Shown: positions 1 to 11,019 of the stretch, piece by piece
Layout: the number at the start of each line of letters is the position of its first letter
Numbering within the stretch: the first letter of the stretch is position 1
Source: Sarea resinae
Taxonomy: Eukaryota
Direction of reading: 5' to 3'
Length of the DNA stretch: 64,000 bases
Assembly (NCBI GenBank): GCA_026026165.1
Contig: JAPEUD010000027.1
Coordinates: 62,001 to 126,000 of the forward strand
Translations under genes and position numbers: made by a program
Notes under the pieces: generated by a model
What the model was told of the DNA's origin: nothing
Seen by the model: the letters and a program-made list of their open reading frames with translations, nothing else
Database searches by the model: none

Positions 1-2247
1 TATAAGGTGAAGACACAGGGTCTAGAAGTGATGCTTCCTACTCTACAGCAGAAGCTGCAGAACCTGTGTATGTTGAAAGGAGACAGCACTGCGCTAGTGA
101 TCTAAAACCTTCTTACTAGAACAGATAATAAGTATCTAGGCGAAATAGGCGCTGATACGCTAAAGGATGATATGTATCTACAAGGGATTAAAAACCCCTC
201 TAGGTTAGGGGATAACACTCTACCTACTGTTAATAAGCGACAGCAGCGCGCTAGGATAACACCTAGTCTAAGTGTAAAGGATAATATATATCTACAAAGG
301 ATTAAAACCCCTTCTAGGTTATAGGATAAAACCTAGCCTAATGTCAAAGAGCAATAAGGAGGCACTAGAGTGACACCTAGGCCTAGCCTAAATGACAATG
401 CTAATGAGCTAGCATTAGGAGATAAGTTTAAACACCTCTATATAAGACAAGCAGTGCATAAGGCAGCTGCTAATAAAAGAGCGTACAACCTGCTAACAGG
501 CTAGCTGCTTGACGTTATCCTTAGGACTTAGTAGAAAGATTATTTCGCTAAGGAAAAGATTAAAAGCATTCCTACTAAGGAGGTTACAGGCTAAGAAAAG
601 TGGAAAATAGACTCTATAGGCCTGCTGCGCCTAGAAGGCAAAGCATATGTGCCGCGTGATACAGCTATTAGGTTAGAAATCATAAGGATAAACTATAATA
701 ACTTGTTTAGTAGCTACTTTAGCGCTAAGAGAACGACAGAGGTGATCTAGCGTAAATACTAGTAGACTAATTTAGCTAAGGATGTTAAAGAATATATTAA
801 TAAGTGCGATATATATCAAAGGGTCTAGGTGCCTAGGCATTGCCTATACAGCAAGCTACAGTCATTACCTATACCTTACTAGCTGTTTAAAGAAATCACT
901 ATAGATTTTGTGACAGGCCTGCCGCTAAGCAACATAAGAGATTGCAAGGCCTATAACATAATAATAGTAGTAGTTAACTGCTATATAAAGATAGCGAAAT
1001 ATATTCTATGCTAAACGAATCTAAATGCCGCTATGCTTGCAGACATATTTGTTGACGTTGTAACAACAGCGTATAGCAATCTAAAGCGCATTGTATTAGA
1101 TAGAGGCAGTGTATTTGCAAGCAAGTTTTAGTTAGCGATATGCTATTAAATGCGAATTAAGAACTAGCTTAGCACTGCCTTCTACCTGCAGACAGATAGC
1201 TAGACTAAGAGGCAAAACTAGACGTTAGAACACTACTTGCAGTGCTATATAAGCAGCTGCTAGGACGACTAGGCCCTGCTGTTACCTATAGCTAAGTATG
1301 CATACAATAATAGCATACATTTGTCTATAGGAATGTCACTCTTCTATGCCCTATATAGCTACAACCTAGATCTGCAACTTAATATCGCAGATAATGCTAT
1401 AGAGAGAGAGGTGCTAGCGGTAAACAAGCGCCTTAACGTCCTCTAAAGGGTAAGACAAAGACTAGAAGAGGATCTTGCTAAGGTATAGCAGTACTAAGCT
1501 AAGTAGTACAATAGGAAACATAAGCTAATGCAATACAAAAGAGGCGACAAAGTTATGCTGTTAGCGCGTAACCTTAGCACTATACGCCTAAGCAAGAAGT
1601 TAGAGCACTGCTATATAGGCCTATTTGTAGTACTTAACTCTGTAGGCAAGCAAGCCTACTAGTTACAGCTCTCTAAGGCTTATAGATCTATCTACCCTGT
1701 ATTTTATATGTCGCTGCTTAAGCGCTACTACAGCGACAGCGATACCTTTCACTAGCACTTTAAGCTAGTTAATAGCTAGGTTAAGTAGATTGTTAAGAAA
1801 ATCCTAGGCTATAGAGTACTTAAGAGAGAACGATAATATCTAGTCAAGTAGAAAGGAGCTCTAGTAGATAATACTAGCTAGGAGCTAGCAGAGCACCTAG
1901 CAAACGCTATAGACCTAGTACAGGATTATAAACAGCACTTACTCTCTAACTAGCATAGGGGCCTAGCGAACAAGGAATAGGATGCTAGTGTGCTGTTAAC
2001 TAAGCCCTGCAGTCGACTAAGGAAGCGACTGCTTAGTGATAGCGCTGTAGAGGCGACAGCTAAGAGGCTAAAGGGCTGCCTAAGGAAGAATCTACTACCC
2101 TATAAGGAACCCCTAGCTAGCCTAGAGATGCTAGTAACGAAACGCCTACAAGGAAGGCTATAGAAGTATAGCCTAAAGCCGCAAGTGATTGCAGGAAGGA
2201 GACCTTGCAGCTGTCCTAGAAAGGACACGCTGTTGCAGCACTAGTAA
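1..2247 (+). pseudogene. Gypsy pol C-terminus: linker, integrase (HHCC + DDE core), chromodomain and four AT-hooks
   Basis: De-RIP reading in frame +1: 'HDDPFGGHFGAKRT..YWW..KDVKEYI..CDICQR..P.H.PYG.LQSLPIP...EITMDFVTGLP' (~690-925), 'SDRGSVF...[24 protein letters not shown]' (~1095-1245), chromodomain 'EWIVEEILGHR...YLVKWKG...SWEP.EHLANA' (~1783-1910). Confidence 0.9.
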
Positions 2248-2519
2248 AGAGCTGCTGTTAGAACTCTTTCTACCTCTTTTACCTACAAAGGTTTTTAGGT
2301 GGTTTTAGCGAGCCAACGTAGGGGTAGGCCTGCGATGCGATTGCGTGCTAACAGTGTACAGTCTTTGTAGAAGGCTATTAGGCTATAGGGCTACAATGCT
2401 ACAGTCATAAGAGGAGATAAAGTCATAGAAAAGAAAAGTGAAATTAACCTCTAGCGCTGTCCTAGCGCGAACCTAAAGCTATCTAGTATATAAAGGAAAC
2501 AGAAAGAACTACTATCCTA

Positions 2520-3217
2520 TTACTAACTAGTCTGCCTTGCCTAGCCCTAACTAGCCTGATTGCTAGACCCCTCTAGAGGCGCAGTTATATTGTTATTATC
2601 CTTATTATCACTCTTACCTGCGTGTGTAACAGACAGCAAATCGAACTAGATAACTAGGTTAGCGCTATTATATCGCTAGCGTTCTACATGCGACTTACAG
2701 CAAACTAGAGGATATTATTAAGGCTTTTAACGCTATTAGCAAGTTGTTCTATTGCTACAGCTGTATAGAGCGCGTTGTTAGACAGGTGCTTATTAGCAGC
2801 GTTTATATAGACTTTAACCTAGCGAGTGAATCGCCTCTGTAGATTGTAGAGCGCAGCAGCTAACAGCTCCTTAGCAGGGTTATTATTAGCGTAGCTAACC
2901 ACTACATTAGCTGCCTTAGTGAGCTAGTTTAGGCGCTTGCAGAAGACTGTAGGCACCTTTAGCACGCTAGGTCAGAGCCTAGCTAGCACTATGTAGGAGT
3001 CACTTACCTAACTACACTTCTTATACAACTAAGCACATTGTGTGCACTTTGTAGCTAATAAGGCCTTTGTACAGACAATATCTAGCGTAGACCTAATGAC
3101 CTTAGCGCAGCAGAGGCAGATATCCTAATTCAGTTCTATAGGCTTTTAGAGGGCAGCGGCAGGCTAGTTCACACGTGGCAAAGGCGCGGCAAAGCGTCTA
3201 GGATTTATAATAGGCAT
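2520..3217 (-). pseudogene. Antisense, intron-containing Cys-rich (Zn-cluster-like) gene in the Gypsy 3' region
   Basis: ATG at 3217, in frame to C-x2-C-x11-C-x8-C-x2-C-x6-C. GTAAGT donor at 3007, CTGAC branch site, exon 2 from 2956 ('VP.VF.KRL...LQRRFTR'), second GTAAGT at 2698. The 3' end is approximate. Confidence 0.6.
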
Positions 3218-3569
3218 ATAGAACGTACCTAAAACGTAGTGCGAAAAGTTTGATTGTGCGCGCGCGCACTAGATCACCTACGTTTTATACCTACACACCT
3301 ATAGCTAAGCGACCTCTAAGCGATAGGGAGAATGCCTAATGCAGACAGTTTAAAGCATTCACTCTGTCTATTCACTGCTGCCACCCTAGCGCGGCGTTTA
3401 GCAAACTAAGCAAATAGGACAAAGAACTCCCTTTATTATCTACACAAATTCACTGTTTGCAGCGAATAGCAACGCTACTAAGGCGCTAGCAAGACAAAGA
3501 CTTAACACTATAATGTTATACATCGCGAACAAAGGACCTAGAGGACTAGGTCTTAAGAGAGGAGGTAAT

Positions 3570-3878
3570 TGTAAGGGCTACTACTAATAAGAGTGCTGTA
3601 TACAGCTTAGCGCAGCGCAGGGTAACCACCTAGTGTGGTTCAGCAACGTTTAGGTAAGCTAAGCAAGGTTATTAGTTATATAGATCAATAGGGGCGCTAG
3701 CTATTAGGGCTAGTGTTTAGTGCAATTACAAAGTCAGTGCCTACTAGCAATATCTATATCTATAGTATTAGTTCTGCATCGCTAGGGTGACGCTAGCACG
3801 CTACAGTGCACTAGCCTATTCGATTATGCTATTCCTACCTACTCTACTATAGCTAGAAGTCTAGGAGGCAGTCTGACA
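3570..3878 (+). repeat. 3' LTR of the chromovirus
   Basis: Starts TGTAAG just after the polypurine tract and ends CTGACA, where base composition changes sharply. The partner LTR is outside the window. Confidence 0.65.
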
Positions 3879-6600
3879 TTGCTATAATAAGAATTAAATG
3901 TTTAGAGTATATTCTTCTACTAGTCTGCTAATTCTAGATTTAAATTAATATCTATAATAGTTATTGTTTTTATATCTAGAATAATAATACTATTTAGAAC
4001 TCTATATTAGTGATTTAGTATATATAGATCTTATAGCTATATAAATTCAGTATTAAATGATTTTAGTTTTACTAATTTAGAGGTAATAAGGCTATTTATA
4101 GCAACTATAATACTAGTCTTAATAGCTGCCTTAATTAAAATTAGGTTTGTAATATTCTTAATACAGTTTATACCTTTAATTATTATTTGTTTAACACTTC
4201 TAAAGAATACTTATCTAGTCTATACAATTAATTTATAAAAGAAGCCTTAGAGTTTATTAGACGCTTTTATCTATATTGCTATAGCTTTATTACTATAGAG
4301 GCTTTAAGTAGTACTAACAACTTAAGTTTAGTATATTAGATAAGAGTAATCTCTAAAATTAGTAAAATAGACTTAGATTTACACTACTAATATAATTCTC
4401 TTAAGTGTATAAGTTATTACTATAAACACTATGTTATTAGAGATAAATTTATAGTCCTACCTTAGATTAAGCAATTTAGCTATCTTTATTAGGATTGCTA
4501 TAGTTGTTTAAAGTAGTATAACTATAGTTAATATTGCCTAAATTAGTACTTGTTTAAAAAACTTAGTTTATTATACCTTTACTAGGAAAATTATATTTCT
4601 ACATGCTTAAATAGTAACTATTTAGTATTATAGGTTAGTAGTTATTCTCTTAGCATATATTGTATTTATACTAATTAGAATATTAGTTCTTAAATTTAGT
4701 ATAATAAAATACAATTAGTAGATCTTAGTAGCTTTAGTTCTATTATAGAGGTAGAGTATAAATATAACCTTATAGAAGATGTTTTAAACACTACTACCTA
4801 TACTATAAATCTAGGCTAAAGTTAGTAGTATAAACATTTAGACTTATAAATCTATTACTATAGTGTTATAGAACTATTTATTAACACTAGAATTGCTAAA
4901 CTCTATATTAATAACAACTAATTTAATAGGACTATCTATATATAGAGTAGATCTATTAACTTTAAGAAACTTATAGGTAATAAGGTTATAGGTAGGTGTC
5001 TATTTAATTAGTATTACTAATAATTTAACAATTGTCTTTAGTATAGACACTTACTTTATAAAGTAATTAGACTACTTAAAATAAGTAAAGAGAAAGTTAT
5101 ATATTATAAAGCTATTATAATATACATTATATATAAACTCTAGAATAAATACAGTAAATATAGTATTATATGCTTTCTAAGTATTAGTATTCTCTTTAAT
5201 GCTATAGTCTATAAGAAATTCTTTTTAGAATAAGATATTATTATTATTATTATTATAACTAGACTTTAGAGTTATAACTTCTAATTCTAAATTAAGAGTG
5301 TTATTATTAGGTTATATATTATATTATCTATATAGAATATATATATCTTCTTCTAGTTCTAAGGTAAGGTTAGGTAATTAGAATCCTAGTGCTAGCTATA
5401 CTTACTCTTATAGTATTAGTAGGTGTAGAAATTCTTACTTGCTTTAATAGTATTAGTAATAAGTAGTAACTAATATCTTTAGCTATATAGTGTTTAGTAA
5501 TCTTATAATCTTTATACAATAAATAGTGTTGCTAAATAGCTCTAAGGTATATAGTTTAGTAGTATTAGTTAACTAATTAGATATAGTTGCTGCTATATAT
5601 TATTTTAATTATAAAAGAGTGCTTATAAAGGCAGTCAATTAATTAAAAACTTATAGGTCTTAATAAGGTCTTTCTTATATTTATTTAATTCTTATATATA
5701 GTTATTAAATCTACTAGCTTTTACTTTTATTTTAAGACTAAGATAGATTTCTAATAGAAATCCTTCTTAAATATAGGCAACTAGTTTAGCTTTATTAGTA
5801 TAACTAGCTATTTATAACATATAGATCTTAGTAGAAATATAGGCACTTAGGTAATAGCTTTAGTTCTATATAAAACTTTCTTTACTTACTTTAATATATA
5901 TAGTGTATTCTAATTAAAAGAACTTTAATTTAATATTTAAAATCTAAGTTATTATTAACTTAAGTATAATTACTTTCTAATCTTTAGTAAGGCTAAAATA
6001 CTACTCTTAAGTAATGTTATTAGCTAGGTATTAGTGTAGAGTTATAAGGACTCTATCCTTACTATAATAATGTTTAGCGTTAAGTATTCTCTTAATAAAC
6101 AATTAACTAGTAAGTAGTTCTAAAGAACTTATAGGTGTAAATTATCTAATAACTTCTAGTTTTAAATTATATATACTATTACTACTAGGTATTTCTATCT
6201 TTATAGAGTTAATAGATTTCCTCTAATACTATAAGCAATATTTATTAGTTGTTTTAATTAGTAAAAACTAGCTAGGTAAGAATTGCATTCTAGTCTAGTT
6301 GTCTAGCAAGACTATAAGCCTATTATTTGCTATTATTAGCACTACTTTAGTTGTTAGCACTACTTTAACTACTTATATTAGAGTTTTTAATTGTTTTAGC
6401 TACTTAGCAACTATTATTAGACTATTTTAGATAATTTAACTTTGTTTCTAAGATAAAGCATTCTCTTTTATCTTAAGGAAAGAAAGATAGAAACAGCTTA
6501 ATTAATAATAAGTTAATAGATAAGTTTATTAAAGGTAATTCTAAAGGTTCTATAATATTTGTTTTAATTTAGTTACACTCTAAGTTAGATAGGTTAGTAG
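3879..6600 (-). mobile_element. Older, heavily RIP-degraded Ty3/Gypsy gag-protease relic, cut off at the chromovirus LTR
   Basis: Minus-strand de-RIP reading: aspartic protease 'VVID(T)(G)F..S.VD' (~4880-4918) and 'L.TNILIGMD......IDL....VTI.AC' (~4600-4700), then a pre-RT linker '..PELADQQKNMLQTF' next to 3879. The upper boundary is approximate. Confidence 0.6.
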
Positions 6601-7799
6601 TCTAAAACAACTCTCTAGTAGGTAATCTAGATACTAGATTTAGTAATAGTAGATGTTATAGTTGCTACTATAATTAATACTCTTACTACTAGGCCTCTAT
6701 TATAAATCTACTTTTAAGATAGTAGTGTAGTAAAGCTGTAATAGTATAAAGTCTAAGGCCTAGTTATTATTTACTCTAATAACTTAAACAAACAATATAT
6801 AGATAGAATAAAGTAGATAATAAGTTTAATTAATAATTTAAACTATTAACTAAATCTTAAGATCTATAATAATAAAATTATAATTAAATCTATAGTAGAG
6901 AATATAAGTAATAAGAATAAGCTAATAAAGTAGGTAAAATTAATGTTATTAAATTATTATCTTATATTAAGCAAGCTATTAATAATATAGTACTTATAAG
7001 TGTTCTTAAGATATTATATAATTACACTTATAAGGAATAAAGAGATATAGGTATTATTTAAGTGTTAATATTTGTTATAAGTGACTATAATTAGAAAGAG
7101 TTAACTTTGTATTTATATCTTAGTTCTAACTAAGAGTCTTATAATTAGAGGATATAACTATTACTTTTAAACAATTGCAAATTAGAATAGTTATATCTAA
7201 GTCTATTAGATTAAAATAGATAGAGTTAGTAAGTTGTATTTAAGAGTCTAGCAAATAATAATTGTAAATTAGGATATTTATATCTAAGTTTATTAGATTA
7301 GAATAGGTAAAGTAAGTAAGCTATATCTATATATTTTAATAATTATATCTAAGTGTCTAGGTTTAAATCTATCTAATAGTTTAATTTATAATTAATAACT
7401 TAGGATTAATAAATTAGATTAAATAAGTAGAGAATACTAAGGATTTAAATTAGCCTAATAATTAGATTATAATAGGTTTATAGGAATAGTTTTATAAGAA
7501 TAGGTTTAAGTAACTAAAACTTTAGAAAAACAGTTTTAATTTATCTAACTAGCAGTGTATATATACTACACTAATTAAGATTATAGTCTTATAGAATTAC
7601 TAGTAAGAATTAGTTTGTTCTAAAAGGATATAATCTTAGATTGCTATTAATACTAAGTGTAATATTAGGTGTAATAGGTCTAAATTACTAACTATAATAT
7701 TAGTCTAACTAATATAATAACTTGCTTAGCTAGAGTAAACTATATATACCTAAAGGCTAACTTACTAATAGTATTTTATAGCTATAAACCTATAAGGCG

Positions 7800-9000
7800 C
7801 ACCTAATAAAGAAAGCTATAGAATAGTATAGAACTAGAATTAAGTTATATAAGTAGAGTAATAAGAGTTGCTAAGTATTAAAGCAACTCCTATATAGAAA
7901 GACTTAAATACTAGAGATTAAGACCTTAGCATTTAACTCTATAAGGATAATAGTTATTAAAGTATAGAATCTATATATAATTATTATCTACTAAGCTATA
8001 GGTATCTTACTTTTCTCTACTCTACTAGCTACTAGCTATACTATAAGTAGCTACTTATTAGCGCTATTTAAGCAGCCTACTTAATAGACTTATCTTATAA
8101 TATAGATATTAAAGAAAATAAAAATTAGTAAATTAAACCTAGTTTAATATAGTGCACTATAAGATAAATAGATTTATTAGTTTAACTAGAATCTAAGCTA
8201 CTATAAGCTATCTATATTATAGCTATAAGTCTATATTTATACACACTATACTATTCTAATAAGTATAATAGTAAGGGCTATATATAGGTATAAAAGAATT
8301 GTATTATAGTTAATAGTCTTTTAGATATATAGTTAATAGTAATCTATATAGCTAAAAAACTTCTTAGATCTAGTTATAATTATATCCTATATCTTAACAA
8401 CTTATTTAGCTTAGTTTCTTTATTTAAACACCTTTAGAACTCTAGAATAGAAGCAGTTAGTATAGCTAGACTATATAGAGATCTCTTAGATTTTTTAGTT
8501 AAATTAAGAAATATATATTCTAAGTGTTAGAACTAAAGAGAAATTGCTATATATTCTTACTAAAAAGTTCTCTATATTACTTAGTAAAATAATAATATAG
8601 TTCTAGTTCTCTCTACTGTTTATAAGGCTAGAAATATTAATATATATATTATTAGTAAGTAATAACAACTTATAATAACTTTAACTAATACAGCTATTAT
8701 TAGATAAAGAGTTAGTAATAATATTATTAAGGATCTACTTATTCTACTCTTTCTTAATAATTATAACTACTATATAAACAATGTAGATTAAGTAGTAGAC
8801 TAGCTATACAACTATTTTAAGATAGAAAGAAAGATTCTCTATATTTAATTACCTCTTCTCTTCTAGATTATTAATGCTATAGCTTTTAATACTTAGTGTA
8901 TCTACTAACTACTTAGATATAATAGCTTTATATATTAGTAGTTCTAATTACAGCTTACTTAGTCACTTATAGCAGCTAGTAATAGTTTAAAGAGATAAAA
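7800..9000 (+). mobile_element. piggyBac-type (DDE_Tnp_1_7-like) transposase relic
   Basis: De-RIP reading: 'YILYLDNLFSSVSLFEHLRN.GIGAVGTAR' (8381-8470) and 'IPLFLDDYNHHMN.VD...DQLR....RIWLPLLFWIID....NAW' (8740-8900). Element ends were not found. Confidence 0.7.
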
Positions 9001-9387
9001 AAAGCCTTCTAATAAAGCTATTTAGACTATAGATACTACTAAAAAGGCTAGAGTTACTATATACTAAGAGGAATTTAGTAAGAAAAAAAGTAGTACTATA
9101 TATAGTATAAGAAAGACTATTAATTAACTAGTTCTTATATAATACTAGGTGAAATTAGTAGTAATAAGTAGAGATCTTATTTTTTCTAAACTATATAAAT
9201 ATATAAGAGGTGCTTTATTACTCTATATAGAAATAGTAAGTGCTAAAGAAAGTAGTATTAATAGAGAAGTATTAAACTACTTATTTTAGATTAGTCTATT
9301 ATCTTAGCTAATTATATAGTATATATCTACTTACTTAATTTTAATTTAGCAAGGTTAGCTAGATTACTAGCTAAGGAGATAAAAGAG

Positions 9388-9928
9388 TGTTAGAATTATA
9401 ACCTTAATTCTAGTTACTCTTAAGTATCTAGACTGTTATAGAATGTTATATAATAGTATAGATATATTTAGAAGCTTCTATAAACCTATAGAAGCTAATA
9501 AAACTCTATAGAATCTTATAAAACATTCTAGAAGATTCTATAGCTATACTAACTAAGTATTACTATATGCTAACTAAGTATTACTATATGCTAATTAAGT
9601 ATTTAGAACCTTTTAAAACCCTTAAAAATGTTTTAGAACTATTTAGAAGTCTATAGAATCTCTTAGATATCTATAGAACTCTATTATATAAGGGTTATAC
9701 AACTATCTCCTAACTTTCTTACAAAGCATATATTATTATCAGCCTATTACTTACAAATCACTTATATAATTAGTTATTACTAGAAGTTTCTAGTAAGACA
9801 GTTAAGTCTATATTTTAACTGCCTTACACCTCTATAGCTAGAATCTCTAAGTTTATAATATATAATCATTCTATATAATACTTCTTTAGCACCTTCCTCT
9901 ACTTATAACTTTGTGCTACCTTCTAACA
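9388..9928 (+). repeat. Copia 5' LTR (541 bp)
   Basis: Direct repeat of 30086-30588 with inverted termini TGTTAGAA/TTCTAACA. Carries a 21-bp triplication at ~9545-9605. Confidence 0.95.
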
Positions 9929-9940
9929 GGTTATAAGCCT
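9929..9940 (+). promoter_or_regulatory. Copia primer-binding site
   Basis: GGTTATAAGCCT directly after the LTR, a RIP form of the GGTTATG(A/G)GCCC copia-type PBS. Confidence 0.7.
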
Positions 9941-11019
9941 TAATAGCCTGCTAAAGAAGCCTATAATTTTGTGGGTTTCACCTATAGCCACTAAAATTCC
10001 TTTGAAAAAGAGTAGAACTTCCTCTTTTTCACCTAAAAAGACTAGGTCCTATAGTCTTTATAGTCCCTAGGCAGTTATATAGCCTCCTAGAGGTTATATA
10101 ACTTAACTTACAGATAAGAACCACTTAGAGTAGACTGCTTAAACTAAGCCTATACTTATAGATATTAGGTATACACACACTTAATAAGGATTTTTCTAAT
10201 CCTTTGTGCTGCCTTATAGGTATAATCCTCTCTGAAGAGAAACACCTATAGGAGAGCAAGTTAATTGCTTAATGTATGCTGCCTTTACCTAGATCCTATA
10301 GTACCTATAGCTTGTGTCTATAGAACTATAGTATAGCAGCTTGTGTTCTGCACACCTTAGCAGCTTGTGTTCTGCAAACAGCCTTTGTGCTGCAATTTTA
10401 CGCACCTATAGAACTGTAACAGTTTAAAAGTCACAAAACAGCCTTTGTGCTAATCTTTTATGCATCTATAGAACTTATAACAGTGGTGCAAAAGCATAAG
10501 ACACTCTTTATACAGCTATTCTACACATCTATAGAACTTATAAGTTCTATAGGTGTATAAAAGTCATACTAGTGTGATTCTACTACTTAGAGTAGAATAC
10601 ATATAACAGCTACATCAGCAAAAAGGGAGGTGTGCTACAGGTGACTACAGGTGCGCTGTGTAACCCACGTTACCCACGTTACAAACAGTCAACGCTGTAG
10701 CGCTACATGTACAGTAGTTCAGGTAGCAGCTACTGTAGTACTACATAGAATACACTGACTTTGTATATCTTCTACACAACATATTAGTGTCAACTACATG
10801 ACTATTCTTTTACCTACTAGTAGACTACAGTAGATTCTAGTAGTTATACTTACTAATCTCTAGAGATTAGATAAAATACATGTAGACACCTACTGTATTA
10901 CTAATGAATACAGAATACACGTGTATTTTAGTAGCTACTACATAGCACAGATAACTTATTACATAGAGTCTACACAGTGCGAAAAATAGTGTTAATTATA
11001 CAGCGAATCTACTAACTAG

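Larger units (their letters stand above)
1..3878 (+). mobile_element. Ty3/Gypsy chromovirus LTR retrotransposon, 3' portion (runs off the left edge of the window), RIP-inactivated
   Basis: Frame +1 integrase motifs, then a chromodomain, a purine tract AAGAGAGGAGG (~3555-3565) and an LTR TGTAAG...CTGACA. Confidence 0.9.

Noticed and set aside
6600..7800. LTR of the minus-strand Gypsy relic, or piggyBac termini
   Set aside because: TG...CA and TTAA candidates exist, but there is no partner repeat in the window and the sequence is too degraded.
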